Virus record (IMG/VR): IMGVR_UViG_3300021400_001206
Span: 11,782 to 75,781 of that record
Origin: a virus
Direction: 5' to 3' (one strand)
Length of the DNA stretch: 64,000 bases
Shown: piece after piece, positions 43,915 through 52,838 of the stretch
Numbering within the stretch: position 1 is the first letter of the stretch
How the letters are laid out: each line of letters opens with the position of its first letter
Translations under genes and position numbers: made by a program
Notes under the pieces: model-generated
The model's database searches: none
Seen by the model: the letters and a program-made list of their open reading frames with translations, nothing else
Told to the model about the DNA's origin: nothing

Positions 43915-44151
43915 ATGAAAGTGCTTGTAACAAAAGCTAATAGTGATTATTGGTATAAAATTCGTGTCATCAATACTATGGAAGACCTTCAAAGATTTAT
44001 TAAAGAATGTAAACATGATGTTGTTATTGGAGAGAACACTTATACTGATGATGACATTTTTGATTATTGGGAAGGAATGAAAGCAGAAGATATTCCCATT
44101 ATCAAAGAATGTTCTTTACATCTTATAATTTATAATAGCTGGCTTGAATAA
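43915..44151 (+). CDS. cassette protein (78 aa)
   Basis: Promoter module AAGGGGTTGACAAACCTCAACCCCTT + TGATATAAT. Confidence 0.55.
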   Translation: MKVLVTKANSDYWYKIRVINTMEDLQRFIKECKHDVVIGENTYTDDDIFDYWEGMKAEDIPIIKECSLHLIIYNSWLE

Positions 44152-44159
44152 AAATGGGG

Positions 44160-44250
44160 GGCAAGTACCCTCATTTTTTGTCGCCTCGTGGGCGCGCGGG
44201 CCCTGCCCGCGGAACCATTATAGCATATAGGTTGGGTTTTTGTCAAGAGA
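44160..44250 (-). ncRNA. promoter-plus-GC-hairpin element (copy 6)
   Basis: Reverse complement TTGACAAAAACCCAACCTATATGCTATAAT. Hairpin GCGGGCAGGGCCCGCGCGCCCACGAGGCGAC. Confidence 0.4.
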
Positions 44251-44372
44251 AAAATGAAAAAATTTTACACAAAAATTTTTCCTTTAATTTATGCAATTTG
44301 TATATTGACTTTTTTACTATTTTTTATTATAATTTATACATAAGATAAAGAAAGGAAATAGGAAATAAAGAA

Positions 44373-44609
44373 ATGATAGCCTATAGAACAGTTTATATCC
44401 CAGTAGAAAAGAAATGTGAAGTTAAATTTATTCTTTTTATTCAGCCAATTTGCGACCCTCATTCTTATGAGGAACCACATTATTTAAGAGATAGATTTGG
44501 TGATTTAATTACTTTTGATACTCGTAAAGAAGCTGAGGAAAGAAAAGCTATCTATGAGCAGGGATGGTGTACCGTAACAATTGAGGAGCAAGTTACCCCG
44601 ATTGAATAA
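44373..44609 (+). CDS. cassette protein (78 aa)
   Basis: Promoter TTGACTtttttactattttttatTATAAT. Confidence 0.5.
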   Translation: MIAYRTVYIPVEKKCEVKFILFIQPICDPHSYEEPHYLRDRFGDLITFDTRKEAEERKAIYEQGWCTVTIEEQVTPIE

Positions 44610-44694
44610 AAAAATTAAAAAGGGGGTTGACAAAACAACCCCCAACTGATATAATAAAATCATCAAAGAAAAGCAAAAAGAAAGGAAATAAAAA

Positions 44695-44874
44695 ATGAGA
44701 ACAGTAAGATATATCACAAAGTGCGGTAATGTAACAGAAAACTTTTCAGTAGCTAAGACAGAGGGAATTGAGGAAACTTTCCTGCTTGAGGTCAATGAGA
44801 CCCCCGAAAATGTAAAGCTTCAGATGCGGAAACACGCTCTGAAAGCCGAACAGAAAAGGCGTGAAAAAAAGTAA
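44695..44874 (+). CDS. cassette basic protein (59 aa)
   Basis: MRTVRYITKCGNVTENF...KAEQKRREKK. Promoter module GGGGGTTGACAAAACAACCCCC. Confidence 0.45.
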   Translation: MRTVRYITKCGNVTENFSVAKTEGIEETFLLEVNETPENVKLQMRKHALKAEQKRREKK

Positions 44875-44951
44875 AAAAAGGGGGTTGACAACCTCGACCC
44901 CTTATGATATAATAAAATCATCAAGAGAAAAAAAGAAAGGAAATAAAAAAA

Positions 44952-45224
44952 ATGAAGATTTGTATTAATACTTGTTTTGGCGGTTTTGGTCTTTCAGATG
45001 AAGCTTTGCGGATGCTTGGATTTAAAACTCGTTATCCACTAATTTCTCGAACAGACCCTCGTCTAATCGAGGTAGTTAGCACTCTCGGAGAAGCCGCAAA
45101 CGGTTGTTTCGCTCGGCTTGCTATTGTAAGTATTCCGGATGAAGCTACTGATTGGGAGATTGACGAGTATGATGGCTCTGAGGGCATCATCTACGTTCTT
45201 GACGGAAAACTTCATCATATTTAA
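44952..45224 (+). CDS. cassette protein (90 aa)
   Basis: Promoter module GGGGGTTGACAACCTCGACCCC + TATGATATAAT. Confidence 0.55.
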   Translation: MKICINTCFGGFGLSDEALRMLGFKTRYPLISRTDPRLIEVVSTLGEAANGCFARLAIVSIPDEATDWEIDEYDGSEGIIYVLDGKLHHI

Positions 45225-45239
45225 AAACAGGGGGTAATA

Positions 45240-45330
45240 CCCTCTGTTTTTTTTCGTTCGGCGCGCCAACACTCGGGTTGGCGCGAAAAATCCATTATAC
45301 CACACCCTGAGTGGTTTTGTCAAGCATTTT
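45240..45330 (-). ncRNA. promoter-plus-GC-hairpin element (copy 7); predicted RNA GGAUUUUUCGCGCCAACCCGAGUGUUGGCGCGCCGAACG-A8-CAGAGGGUAUUACCCCCUG-U5
   Basis: Reverse complement GCTTGACAAAACCACTCAGGGTGTGGTATAATGG. Two hairpins, the second being the upstream gene's terminator read from the other side. Confidence 0.45.
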
Positions 45331-45424
45331 TTCGAAAAAAATTGCACAAAAAAATATCCCAAAATTAGTACAAAATTCCGACTTGTATTTTCTAAAAAAT
45401 TTTAGTATAATTATATCAAGATAA

Positions 45425-45510
45425 AGAAAGGACAACAAAATTAAGTAAGGTGGTCGGCAGAGCCTAGCGCCTATCGGCTATCTGAACAACGGAAAGTCAC
45501 TTCAAAAAAT
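45425..45510 (+). ncRNA. ORF-less cassette: candidate small RNA B (homolog of 40108-40200)
   Basis: See 40108-40200 alignment. Promoter TTGTATtttctaaaaaattttagTATAAT. Confidence 0.4.
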
Positions 45511-45932
45511 CTTAAAAAAACTGTTGACAAATAAAAAATCTTATGGTATAATAAATACATAAGATAAAGAAAGGACAGTGACACTCCCATGAGAGACCCG
45601 CCGACATAAGCCCTTTGAATTGAGCCTTTGGATGGGCATAAGGCTTAGAAAAAAAATAAAAAAAACTGTTGACAAAATAAAAAAGATATGATATAATAAA
45701 TACAGAAGTTAAGCAAAGGAAAGGACATTAAGTGTATGGGAGTCAGGCAGAAAGCCCCATGTAGGTGGATGTAAGGGGCTAACAAAAATACTATCAGCCA
45801 CGTGGTATAAGGCGCCAAATCCACGAAAACAAAATAAAAAAAAATAAAAAAACTGTTGACAAAATAAAAAAAATAAGTTATAATAAATACATAGTAAAGA
45901 AAACAAAACATAAAAAGAAAGAGGTGTCTAGT

Positions 45933-46289
45933 ATGACAAAACGTGAGATGTTCGCAGAAATTCGTAAGGTAGTTATTGACAACGCTGAGATGGTAGCTTT
46001 CATTGACAAGCAGATTGAGCTTCTTGACAATAGAAAGGCGTCCCCAAAGAAGCCGACTAAAACTCAGCTTGAGAACGAGGGCTTCAAGGCTGACATTATC
46101 GCTTCCCTCATTGAGGTTGGCAAGCCTGTAACAATTAAGGAGCTGTGTGACGCTTGTCCGTCCATTGTAAAGCTGTCCAATCAGAGAATTACTCACCTGC
46201 TCATGGCTCTCCAGTCTGAGAACAAGGTCGAGAGAACTCAGGTGAAGAAAGTTCCGTACTTCGCCATTGCTCAGACTGAGACTGAGTAA
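45933..46289 (+). CDS. cassette protein (118 aa), winged-helix-like; paralog of 53762-54103
   Basis: MTKREMFAEIRKVVIDNAEMVAFIDKQIELLDNRKASPKK..., ~55% identical to MTKREMFVAIREVVVDNADMVAFIDKEIALLDKKRNAPKK.... RBS AAGAAAGAGGTG. Confidence 0.55.
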   Translation: MTKREMFAEIRKVVIDNAEMVAFIDKQIELLDNRKASPKKPTKTQLENEGFKADIIASLIEVGKPVTIKELCDACPSIVKLSNQRITHLLMALQSENKVERTQVKKVPYFAIAQTETE

Positions 46290-46406
46290 CACAAAGGGTT
46301 TTGCGGTTATCCCTAAAAACCGCTCCTTATGGGGATTGTACCGTTGCGGAAAGTAAGACATACAGTGTATGCTGAATCGTGGTTCAACTCCACGTATCCC
46401 CACTGA

Positions 46407-46481
46407 GGGGGTGTAGCTCAGTAGGTTTAGAGCACACGACTTTTAATCGTGGTGTCGAGGGTTCGAATCCCTTCACCCCCA
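46407..46481 (+). tRNA. tRNA-Lys (anticodon UUU; loop CUUUUAA)
   Basis: Cloverleaf: acceptor GGGGGTG/CACCCCC, D-arm GCTC-AGTAGGTTTA-GAGC, anticodon stem CACGA/TCGTG, T-arm GAGGG-TTCGAAT-CCCTT, discriminator A. No encoded CCA. Confidence 0.7.
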
Positions 46482-46696
46482 CTCAGAATCTAATATTCGT
46501 TTTCCTTTCTTTTGGTGCGGGGGTTGTCGTAGATGGCAACCCCCTTTTGGCGTCGCGCGATGGGTCGCCGTGCGACGCCATTGTCAATATGTAATGTTGC
46601 ACAAATTTTTGATCCGCATTTTGTATAAAATTACTTATTGACTTTTTTCCTAATTTTTTGTATAATTATATCATCAACAGAAAGGAAATAAACGAT

Positions 46697-46894
46697 ATGA
46701 ACAACATGGATTGGGTTACAAAAATGAAAACTGGTATGGAACTTATTCACTCTGCTTGTAAAGAAAACACTGATTGGACTAAATGCAAAGAATGTCCATT
46801 TACAAACTATTGTGATGCTATTAATCTCGCTATATCTCAAAAGACACCCGAAGAAGAGAGATGGATTGAGGAAGGCGGTGAGAGTATAAGATGA
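46697..46894 (+). CDS. cassette Cys-containing protein (65 aa)
   Basis: MNNMDWVTKMKT...CKECPFTNYC. Confidence 0.5.
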   Translation: MNNMDWVTKMKTGMELIHSACKENTDWTKCKECPFTNYCDAINLAISQKTPEEERWIEEGGESIR

Positions 46895-47184
46895 AAATGT
46901 ATAAAATTTATATCTCTGATAAGGTTGGCGGTTGGAACACTATGCCGACCGACTGGATGGTAAAGGAAGACTTTGAGAGAGCCTACAAAACGCTCACAAA
47001 GCCTAGCATGTTTGGTTCTGACCGCTTCAAGATTGAAGTCAAAGAAAGAGACAGTTTTTGTATAAAAGAGTGTGTTTGTGGCACTTGTGAGAGAAAAGAT
47101 AATTGTAGTTACTGTGATTGCGATATTTGTGAAGATTTTGACTGCCAAGTCTGCTTCTGCAATATGTACAAAGAAGGGGATTAA
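46891..47184 (+). CDS. cassette Cys-rich protein (97 aa), co-transcribed
   Basis: CVCGTCERKDNCSYCDCDICEDFDCQVCFC. Confidence 0.5.
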   Translation: MKMYKIYISDKVGGWNTMPTDWMVKEDFERAYKTLTKPSMFGSDRFKIEVKERDSFCIKECVCGTCERKDNCSYCDCDICEDFDCQVCFCNMYKEGD

Positions 47185-47275
47185 AAATCCTCTTTTTTTG
47201 TGCAAAATTACAACTTGACATTTTTCCTAAAATTTATTATAATTTATACATAAGATAAAGAAAGGAACACACCAA

Positions 47276-47467
47276 ATGAAAGTAAAAATCTCTTATATAA
47301 TGCGAGTAGAAAAAGTTGTAGAAATGACACCTGAAAAATATTGTTATCTTAGGGCAGACCACAATGACCCTCAATATTTTCCACCTGAAGCTCGTGAAAC
47401 TGATATGCGCCCTTATAGCGAAAAAGATGAAAGTGAACTCACAGATTATTTCTTTAGAGAAAGATAA
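47276..47467 (+). CDS. cassette protein (63 aa)
   Basis: Promoter TTGACAtttttcctaaaatttatTATAAT. Confidence 0.5.
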   Translation: MKVKISYIMRVEKVVEMTPEKYCYLRADHNDPQYFPPEARETDMRPYSEKDESELTDYFFRER

Positions 47468-47703
47468 AATAAGGGGTTGACAACTCCAACCCCTTATGAT
47501 ATACTAATAACATAAGCGGTTCCACTGGATGCAAGTCGGAAGACCCGCAAATCTGCGGAGCGTCACCAGACGAAGATGATTAAATGTCGGATAAAAAGGA
47601 TGCAGCGCATCCCGACAGCCGCCTAAATAAAAAAATAAGGGGTTGACAACTCCAGCCCTTTATGATATACTAATATCATCAAGAAAAGAAAGGAAATAAA
47701 AAA

Positions 47704-47931
47704 ATGGCAATTAAGAATACAAAACAAAGTGAGATTGAAAGAAAGATTGAACTTCTCAAAGATATGCATAATTACATTCTTGATATGGGGGATGACTTTG
47801 TTTATGATATTTGGATTAAAGATGGTGTCCCCGATGAACCCGATGATGAAATCTTTGAATTTATCGCAAGCAACGATGATGACTGGCGTGAAGTTTGTGA
47901 ACTGTTTGGGAAGCTTATAGAAGAAGATTGA
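47704..47931 (+). CDS. cassette acidic protein (75 aa)
   Basis: Promoter module AAGGGGTTGACAACTCCAGCCCTTT + TGATATACT. Confidence 0.55.
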   Translation: MAIKNTKQSEIERKIELLKDMHNYILDMGDDFVYDIWIKDGVPDEPDDEIFEFIASNDDDWREVCELFGKLIEED

Positions 47932-47943
47932 AAGGAGATAAAA

Positions 47944-48201
47944 ATGACATCAACATCATTTATTCAGTATTATAAAAAGAGCGGTTTTGGTTGGCTTCGT
48001 ATGGAAGAGCTTCCAGTGGCGGTACAGAAAGATTTGATGAAAAGACTTGCGCGCTGTGACAAAAGAATTGGTGTATATGTATATCACTCTCATGAGGGGA
48101 ATCCTCAGGACGGAATTCATTTTGTGGGAATGAAAATTGGATACTATGTAAGAAGTAAAAATCCGTTTTCTTGGAAATTCAGAGCAACCGCTGGAAATTA
48201 A
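47944..48201 (+). CDS. cassette protein (85 aa), co-transcribed
   Basis: RBS AAAGGAGATAAAA. Confidence 0.5.
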   Translation: MTSTSFIQYYKKSGFGWLRMEELPVAVQKDLMKRLARCDKRIGVYVYHSHEGNPQDGIHFVGMKIGYYVRSKNPFSWKFRATAGN

Positions 48202-48267
48202 AAAAATAAGGGGTTGACAAAACTCAACCCCTTTGATATAATAATATTATCAAAAGGAAAGTAAAAA

Positions 48268-48387
48268 ATGAAAATTAAAATTGGTTGGAACCGTTGGAAT
48301 GACCCACACTGGGGTTATAACTACAATGAGAACTGTGATTATCATCATGAACTTTGTTTCTATAAACTCTATATCTGTTGGAAGTGA
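48268..48387 (+). CDS. cassette micro-protein (39 aa, Trp/Cys/His-rich)
   Basis: MKIKIGWNRWNDPHWGYNYNENCDYHHELCFYKLYICWK. Confidence 0.4.
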   Translation: MKIKIGWNRWNDPHWGYNYNENCDYHHELCFYKLYICWK

Positions 48388-48396
48388 GGTATTAAA

Positions 48397-48660
48397 ATGA
48401 AATATTACAAAATAACTTGCACAAATGGCTATTGTGGTTGTGATGAACATTTTTACATTCAAGCAGAATCTGAAAGTGAAGCCTGGGCTGAAGCAGACGA
48501 GATTTGTTCTGATGAATACTCTTTTGCTTATCCTGATGAGCGGTTTGTCGATGATATGGATAATTGGGATGAAATTGAAATGTATGAAATGAATGTTGAA
48601 GCTTACGTTGAAGAAATTTCAAAAGAGGAATATCTTGAAGCAGAAGAGCAGGGTTATTAA
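48397..48660 (+). CDS. cassette acidic protein (87 aa)
   Basis: Co-transcribed. Strongly acidic C-terminus. Confidence 0.5.
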   Translation: MKYYKITCTNGYCGCDEHFYIQAESESEAWAEADEICSDEYSFAYPDERFVDDMDNWDEIEMYEMNVEAYVEEISKEEYLEAEEQGY

Positions 48661-48760
48661 ACCCTACTTTTGTGCGGGACGTTGTCGCGCGGGCTGCGCC
48701 CGAAACTCCATTATACCACATAACCAGGCTTTTTGTCAATAGGCAATTTGAACAAAATTT
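48660..48760 (-). ncRNA. promoter-plus-GC-hairpin element (copy 8)
   Basis: Reverse complement TTGACAAAAAGCCTGGTTATGTGGTATAAT. Hairpins GGGCGCAGCCC and AGGGTTtaatAACCCT. Confidence 0.4.
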
Positions 48761-48866
48761 CAACCCTAATTTTCCCAGAATTTGTGCAACTTTTTTATTA
48801 AAAACTGTTGACTTCACTATTCTAATCTGATATACTTATATCATCAACAGAAAGGAAATAAATAAA

Positions 48867-49034
48867 ATGAACGAACCTTTTGAACTTTTTAAAATACTAT
48901 TCAAGTTTTATATTTGGTTTATAGTTATTATCTTTACTACTAATGATATTTTTCCAAAGCCTCTTCCCGGGAATTGGAGTTATGTAGTAATCATCATTGT
49001 AGCAATTATCAGTTTTTTAATGGCAATTTTTTAA
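48867..49034 (+). CDS. cassette small membrane peptide (~55 aa; coordinates +/-1)
   Basis: MNEPFELFKILFKFYIWFIVIIF...IIIVAIISFLMAIF, two hydrophobic segments. Promoter TTGACTtcactattctaatctgaTATACT. Confidence 0.35.
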   Translation: MNEPFELFKILFKFYIWFIVIIFTTNDIFPKPLPGNWSYVVIIIVAIISFLMAIF

Positions 49035-49103
49035 AAATACCTATTGACAAAAAAGAATTAATCTGATATAATAAGACCATAAGATAAAGAAAGGAAATAA
49101 AAA

Positions 49104-49541
49104 ATGACAACTACAGTATATTTCGATATGGATGGAACAATAGCAGACCTTTACAGCGTTCCCAATTGGCTTCCTCTTCTCAGAGCTTATGACCCGAAAC
49201 CTTATGCGGAAGCTAAGCCACTTGTAAACTTAAATTCTCTTGCTAGAATCCTTAATAGACTTCAGCGACAGGGAATTAGAATCGGCATTATTTCATGGTT
49301 GAGCAAAACCTCAACGCCTGAGTATGACGCGAAAGTTACCGCCGCAAAAGAAAAATGGCTTGCTAAACATCTTGCCAGTGTAACTTTTGATGAGGTTCAT
49401 ATTATTCCTTACGGAACACCTAAAGAAAAATTCGCCACCGCAAATGATATTTTGTTTGATGATGAAGCTAAAAACAGGGAAAACTGGATTGGTAAGGCTT
49501 TTGATGTAGATTCAATTATTGAAATTCTCAAGGGGATGTAA
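49104..49541 (+). CDS. HAD-superfamily 5'(3')-deoxyribonucleotidase-like phosphatase (NT5C-like)
   Basis: N-terminal VYFDMDGTIADL (HAD motif I, DxDGT), as in NT5C-type deoxynucleotidases. Confidence 0.55.
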   Translation: MTTTVYFDMDGTIADLYSVPNWLPLLRAYDPKPYAEAKPLVNLNSLARILNRLQRQGIRIGIISWLSKTSTPEYDAKVTAAKEKWLAKHLASVTFDEVHIIPYGTPKEKFATANDILFDDEAKNRENWIGKAFDVDSIIEILKGM

Positions 49542-49609
49542 AAATCCCCTTGACAATTCAAAGAAAATGATATATAATTAATATATCAAAAGAAAAGGAG
49601 CTAATAGCG

Positions 49610-49852
49610 ATGTTTATATTTTTTAACAAGAAAGAAAAAGCAACCGATTCCCCTCAATATGTAATTGCTTTTTGTGATGAAAATGACCTTTCAACTAAAT
49701 TTGGTGCATATCCGCATGTTTTTGATTCCTATGATTCCGCAAAACAAATGATTTTTTCAAAAGCTAACGGATGGGGAAACGCTATTATTGAAAGAGTTGG
49801 TGATTCAGCTTGTATTAATTGCGGTTGGCTAATCATTGAAAAAATAAATTAA
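49610..49852 (+). CDS. cassette protein (80 aa)
   Basis: Promoter TTGACAattcaaagaaaatgaTATATAAT. Confidence 0.5.
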   Translation: MFIFFNKKEKATDSPQYVIAFCDENDLSTKFGAYPHVFDSYDSAKQMIFSKANGWGNAIIERVGDSACINCGWLIIEKIN

Positions 49853-49922
49853 TCATTGACAAATAACAAAAAATAATATATAATATAAAAAACAAAAACA
49901 AAAGAAAAAGGAGAAAAAAATT

Positions 49923-50102
49923 ATGACAAAAATAGCAGTTCTTATTGGTACAATTCTTGGTCTTATTCTTGGTTATGGCATTGTCTTTGGTATTGTATCT
50001 CTCATTGTGTGGGCAATTTGTTGGGCATTCGCTATTACATTCTCATGGAAGATTGCCGTTGGAATCTTCGCAGTTATATTCCTGTTAAAAATGTTTCTTT
50101 AA
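49923..50102 (+). CDS. cassette membrane peptide (59 aa, 2 TM)
   Basis: MTKIAVLIGTILGLILGYGIVFGIVSLIVWAICWAFAITFSWKIAVGIFAVIFLLKMFL. Confidence 0.5.
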   Translation: MTKIAVLIGTILGLILGYGIVFGIVSLIVWAICWAFAITFSWKIAVGIFAVIFLLKMFL

Positions 50103-50124
50103 GAAAAATTAAGAAGAGTGGCAA

Positions 50125-50215
50125 TTGCCACTCTTTTTTCTATGGGGCGCGAGCCGTCGCCTCGCGCCGAAATTCCATTATACCATATCGCCGCACTTTT
50201 TGTCAATAGACAAAT
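50125..50215 (-). ncRNA. promoter-plus-GC-hairpin element (copy 9); predicted RNA GGAAUUUCGGCGCGAGGCGACGGCUCGCGCCCCAUAG-A6-GAGUGGCAAUUGCCACUCUUCUUAAUUUUUC
   Basis: Reverse complement CTATTGACAAAAAGTGCGGCGATATGGTATAATGGAAT. Terminates at the hairpin shared with the 49923 gene. Confidence 0.45.
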
Positions 50216-50328
50216 TAAACAAATTTTCAATTTAAAAAATCCCGAATTTTGTGCAATTTTTTCCTTGACGCAACCGCTAACATCTGATATACTTATATCA
50301 TCAACAGAGAGAAAGGAAAAGAAAAAAA

Positions 50329-50760
50329 ATGATTTATTGCGGTTATCAGGGTTGCGGAAAAAGCACATATTGTAGGGAACATCCCGACACTACAATTGAT
50401 TTAGATTCATCCATGTTCACTAAAAGAGCCGGATGGGAAGAAGATTATGTTATGATTGCTAAAGCACTCAGTGATTATGGCAATAAAAATGTTTTTATAT
50501 CCGCCCATAAAGTAGTTATTAATTATCTTATTGATAATCATATTGATTTTGAATTAATGATTCCTGTTCAAAATCCTAAAGCATGGCGTAATAGGTTAGA
50601 ATTTAGATATAATCTTTATCCAACTCAAGCAAATATGAACGCTATTCTTGATTTTGACAAGCATTATGAGGAAGATATGGCTTTTTATGAAACTGTTAAT
50701 TGTAAAAAGCATTATATCTCTGCAAGAGTTGTTACTGATATTTCTTGTTTTATTGAATAA
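50329..50760 (+). CDS. P-loop kinase-like protein (143 aa)
   Basis: Walker A GYQGCGKST at N-terminus. Nucleotide/polynucleotide kinase-like, specificity unknown. Confidence 0.45.
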   Translation: MIYCGYQGCGKSTYCREHPDTTIDLDSSMFTKRAGWEEDYVMIAKALSDYGNKNVFISAHKVVINYLIDNHIDFELMIPVQNPKAWRNRLEFRYNLYPTQANMNAILDFDKHYEEDMAFYETVNCKKHYISARVVTDISCFIE

Positions 50761-50824
50761 AAAGTATTGACAAATAGCAAATAATAAAGTATAATATATA
50801 TAACATCAAAAAAGGAGATAAAAA

Positions 50825-51004
50825 ATGGAAAAGAAAATGTATGTACTGGTTAATGGCGTGGGAGACCCTGCATGTTTTTACAAGCTTACACAGGAAGAGC
50901 GTTTTGTAATTGAAGACATTCTTTATGAAACAGGAACGGACTATGAACTTCGCTCTATTGAAGATATTGAATTCACAGAAATTAAAGGAGAAAAATATGA
51001 ATAA
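50825..51004 (+). CDS. cassette protein (59 aa; coordinates +/-1)
   Basis: MEKKMYVLVNGVGDPACFYKLTQEERFV.... Promoter TTGACAaatagcaaataataaagTATAAT. Confidence 0.45.
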   Translation: MEKKMYVLVNGVGDPACFYKLTQEERFVIEDILYETGTDYELRSIEDIEFTEIKGEKYE

Positions 51005-51455
51005 AGAAATCTTAAAAGCCATTGAAGACAAACAGAAAAAGCATCCTTTCCGTGACTGGTGGAATAGTGACGATAGTTTGAAAGCAAGAAGAATTATCTT
51101 CTTCCCCATTTGGATTTATGTTGTAATTAGCGATAAAATCAAAAAATGGAATTATGACCGCACAACTTGGGATGAAAAAAGAGCTGATGAAATTCTTACT
51201 TATTACATCCCCCGAACAAGTGATTGGAACCCCGATGATAAAACCTTTTTCTTTTATGATAATGGAATGGGGTGGAGCATAGGACTTGCAAAAAAATATT
51301 TAAAAATAAAAGACCGTCTTTTTTGGAGAAAATTCAATTGGGCAATTGAAGAATATCTTAATAATAAATTTGAATTAGAAGGGTTTGAAAAAGAAGTTAT
51401 AAGCACTCGTTCTTACTACACTGGTACAGAAATTATTTTTAAACAAAAGTCTTGA
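50997..51455 (+). CDS. cassette protein (152 aa), co-transcribed (ATGA overlap)
   Basis: MNKEILKAIEDKQKKHPFRDWWNSDD.... The track ORF 50910 start is probably too far upstream. Confidence 0.5.
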   Translation: MNKEILKAIEDKQKKHPFRDWWNSDDSLKARRIIFFPIWIYVVISDKIKKWNYDRTTWDEKRADEILTYYIPRTSDWNPDDKTFFFYDNGMGWSIGLAKKYLKIKDRLFWRKFNWAIEEYLNNKFELEGFEKEVISTRSYYTGTEIIFKQKS

Positions 51456-51510
51456 CAAATAATAATTTCTGTATTATAATTAAATCATCAAAAAGAAAGG
51501 AAATAAAAAA

Positions 51511-51741
51511 ATGACAAAAGAAATTGAATTTATGGGATACACTCTTACAGACGATGAATGTGAAGCACTTCATAAATGTTTAATGGAAATTAAAGAAAAG
51601 AAAAGACATGACCAGTTGATTCAGGCATGTAAAACTAACATCTCCTTTCAGATTAGTGACGCTATTACCTTAATCGGTCTTGCTGAAACTAAAAGGCTTG
51701 TAAGAGAATTGAATCGGGAACTGAGAGGATATGAGGATTAA
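51511..51741 (+). CDS. cassette protein (76 aa)
   Basis: Promoter TTGACAaataataatttctgtaTTATAAT. Confidence 0.55.
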   Translation: MTKEIEFMGYTLTDDECEALHKCLMEIKEKKRHDQLIQACKTNISFQISDAITLIGLAETKRLVRELNRELRGYED

Positions 51742-51754
51742 GAGGGCTTATACC

Positions 51755-51850
51755 CTCTTTTTTTTGATGGCGCGCCAGCCATCGGACTGGCGCGAAAAAT
51801 CCATTATAACATATCCCGCATGTTTTTGTCAAGCATTTTTTGCAAAAAAT
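51755..51850 (-). ncRNA. promoter-plus-GC-hairpin element (copy 10)
   Basis: Reverse complement GCTTGACAAAAACATGCGGGATATGTTATAATGGAT. Hairpin CGCGCCAGtccgatggCTGGCGCG (contains GGCGCGCC). Confidence 0.45.
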
Positions 51851-52039
51851 TTGCACAAATTTTTTTCCCAAAATTTGTGCAAATTTCCAACTTGTATTTT
51901 GTGTCGTTATCCCTTATAATGATAATTGTCAAGAGAAAAAGCTAAAACAAAAGAAACAAAAAAAATTAAAAAACCTCTTGACAACTCAAACATAATCATG
52001 TATAATAAAGACATAAGATAAAGGAAAGGAAAAAACAAC

Positions 52040-52756
52040 ATGGACAGACGGAAAAATTATTACCTTACACTTGACACTGAAACTTGTGGGAGCCTTGGCG
52101 AACCGCTTGTATATGACATTGGCTATACTATCCATGATAAAAAGGGTGTTATTTATGAAAGACGCTCTTATGTTGTAAGAGAAATTTTTTATGGTGAGTG
52201 GAAGAAAATGAGAACCGCTTACTATGCTGAAAAGATTCCCTCATATAAAGAGGGTATCAAGATAGGTAAGTGGACTGTAAAATCTTTTTGGGAAATTCGC
52301 AAGGAAATTTTTTCTCTTATGAGAAAGTATAATATAAAAGCCGTGGTTGCCTATAATGCGGGTTTTGACACAAGGGCACTAAATTCAACTCTTAACTATC
52401 TGAGCAAATTTGATGAAAAGCAGACCTTTTTCAATGAAAAAACTGTTATTTGGTGTTCATGGGGTATGAGCTGTCAGACAATTTTCAAACAGAAAACATT
52501 CTTTAAACTTGCCAATCGTGAAGCATGGGTCAGTGAAGCAGGGAATGTAAAAACATCGGCTGAAATTGCCCACCGCTATCTTAATAAAGAACTTGATTTT
52601 GAGGAAGCCCACACCGCCCTTGAAGATGCACTAATTGAAACATCTATCTTTGCTAAGTGCATGGCACAGCATAAGAAAATGGATAAAAATATTTTAGTTA
52701 TGCCGTGGCGGATTCCTCAACCTGATTTTAAAGCGTTTCTTGCGGAATGTGCCTAA
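52040..52756 (+). CDS. DEDDh-family 3'-5' exonuclease (DnaQ/RNase T-like), 238 aa
   Basis: Exo I LTLDTETCG, Exo II YNAGFD, Exo III AHTALEDALIE (H-x4-D). Confidence 0.7.
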   Translation: MDRRKNYYLTLDTETCGSLGEPLVYDIGYTIHDKKGVIYERRSYVVREIFYGEWKKMRTAYYAEKIPSYKEGIKIGKWTVKSFWEIRKEIFSLMRKYNIKAVVAYNAGFDTRALNSTLNYLSKFDEKQTFFNEKTVIWCSWGMSCQTIFKQKTFFKLANREAWVSEAGNVKTSAEIAHRYLNKELDFEEAHTALEDALIETSIFAKCMAQHKKMDKNILVMPWRIPQPDFKAFLAECA

Positions 52757-52838
52757 AATAAAAAATTAAAAATAGGGATTGACAAAACAATCCCTATTTG
52801 ATATAATAATATCATCAAGAAAAGAAAGGATAAAAAAA

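Noticed and set aside
44154-44348. 64-aa ORF (and similarly 36381-36593, 53047-53232, 46379-46594)
   Set aside because: They overlap the promoter-hairpin repeat elements, the terminator, or the tRNA. No RBS. Noncoding more likely.
45645-46403. 252-aa minus-strand ORF spanning cassette genes and approaching the tRNA
   Set aside because: Antisense to the winged-helix-like cassette gene and its promoter modules. Phe/Leu-rich translation of an AT-rich antisense strand, so spurious.
46407-46481. tRNA as the amber suppressor responsible for TAG recoding
   Set aside because: Anticodon loop reads CUUUUAA (anticodon UUU, Lys), not CUA. No other tRNA found in the window.
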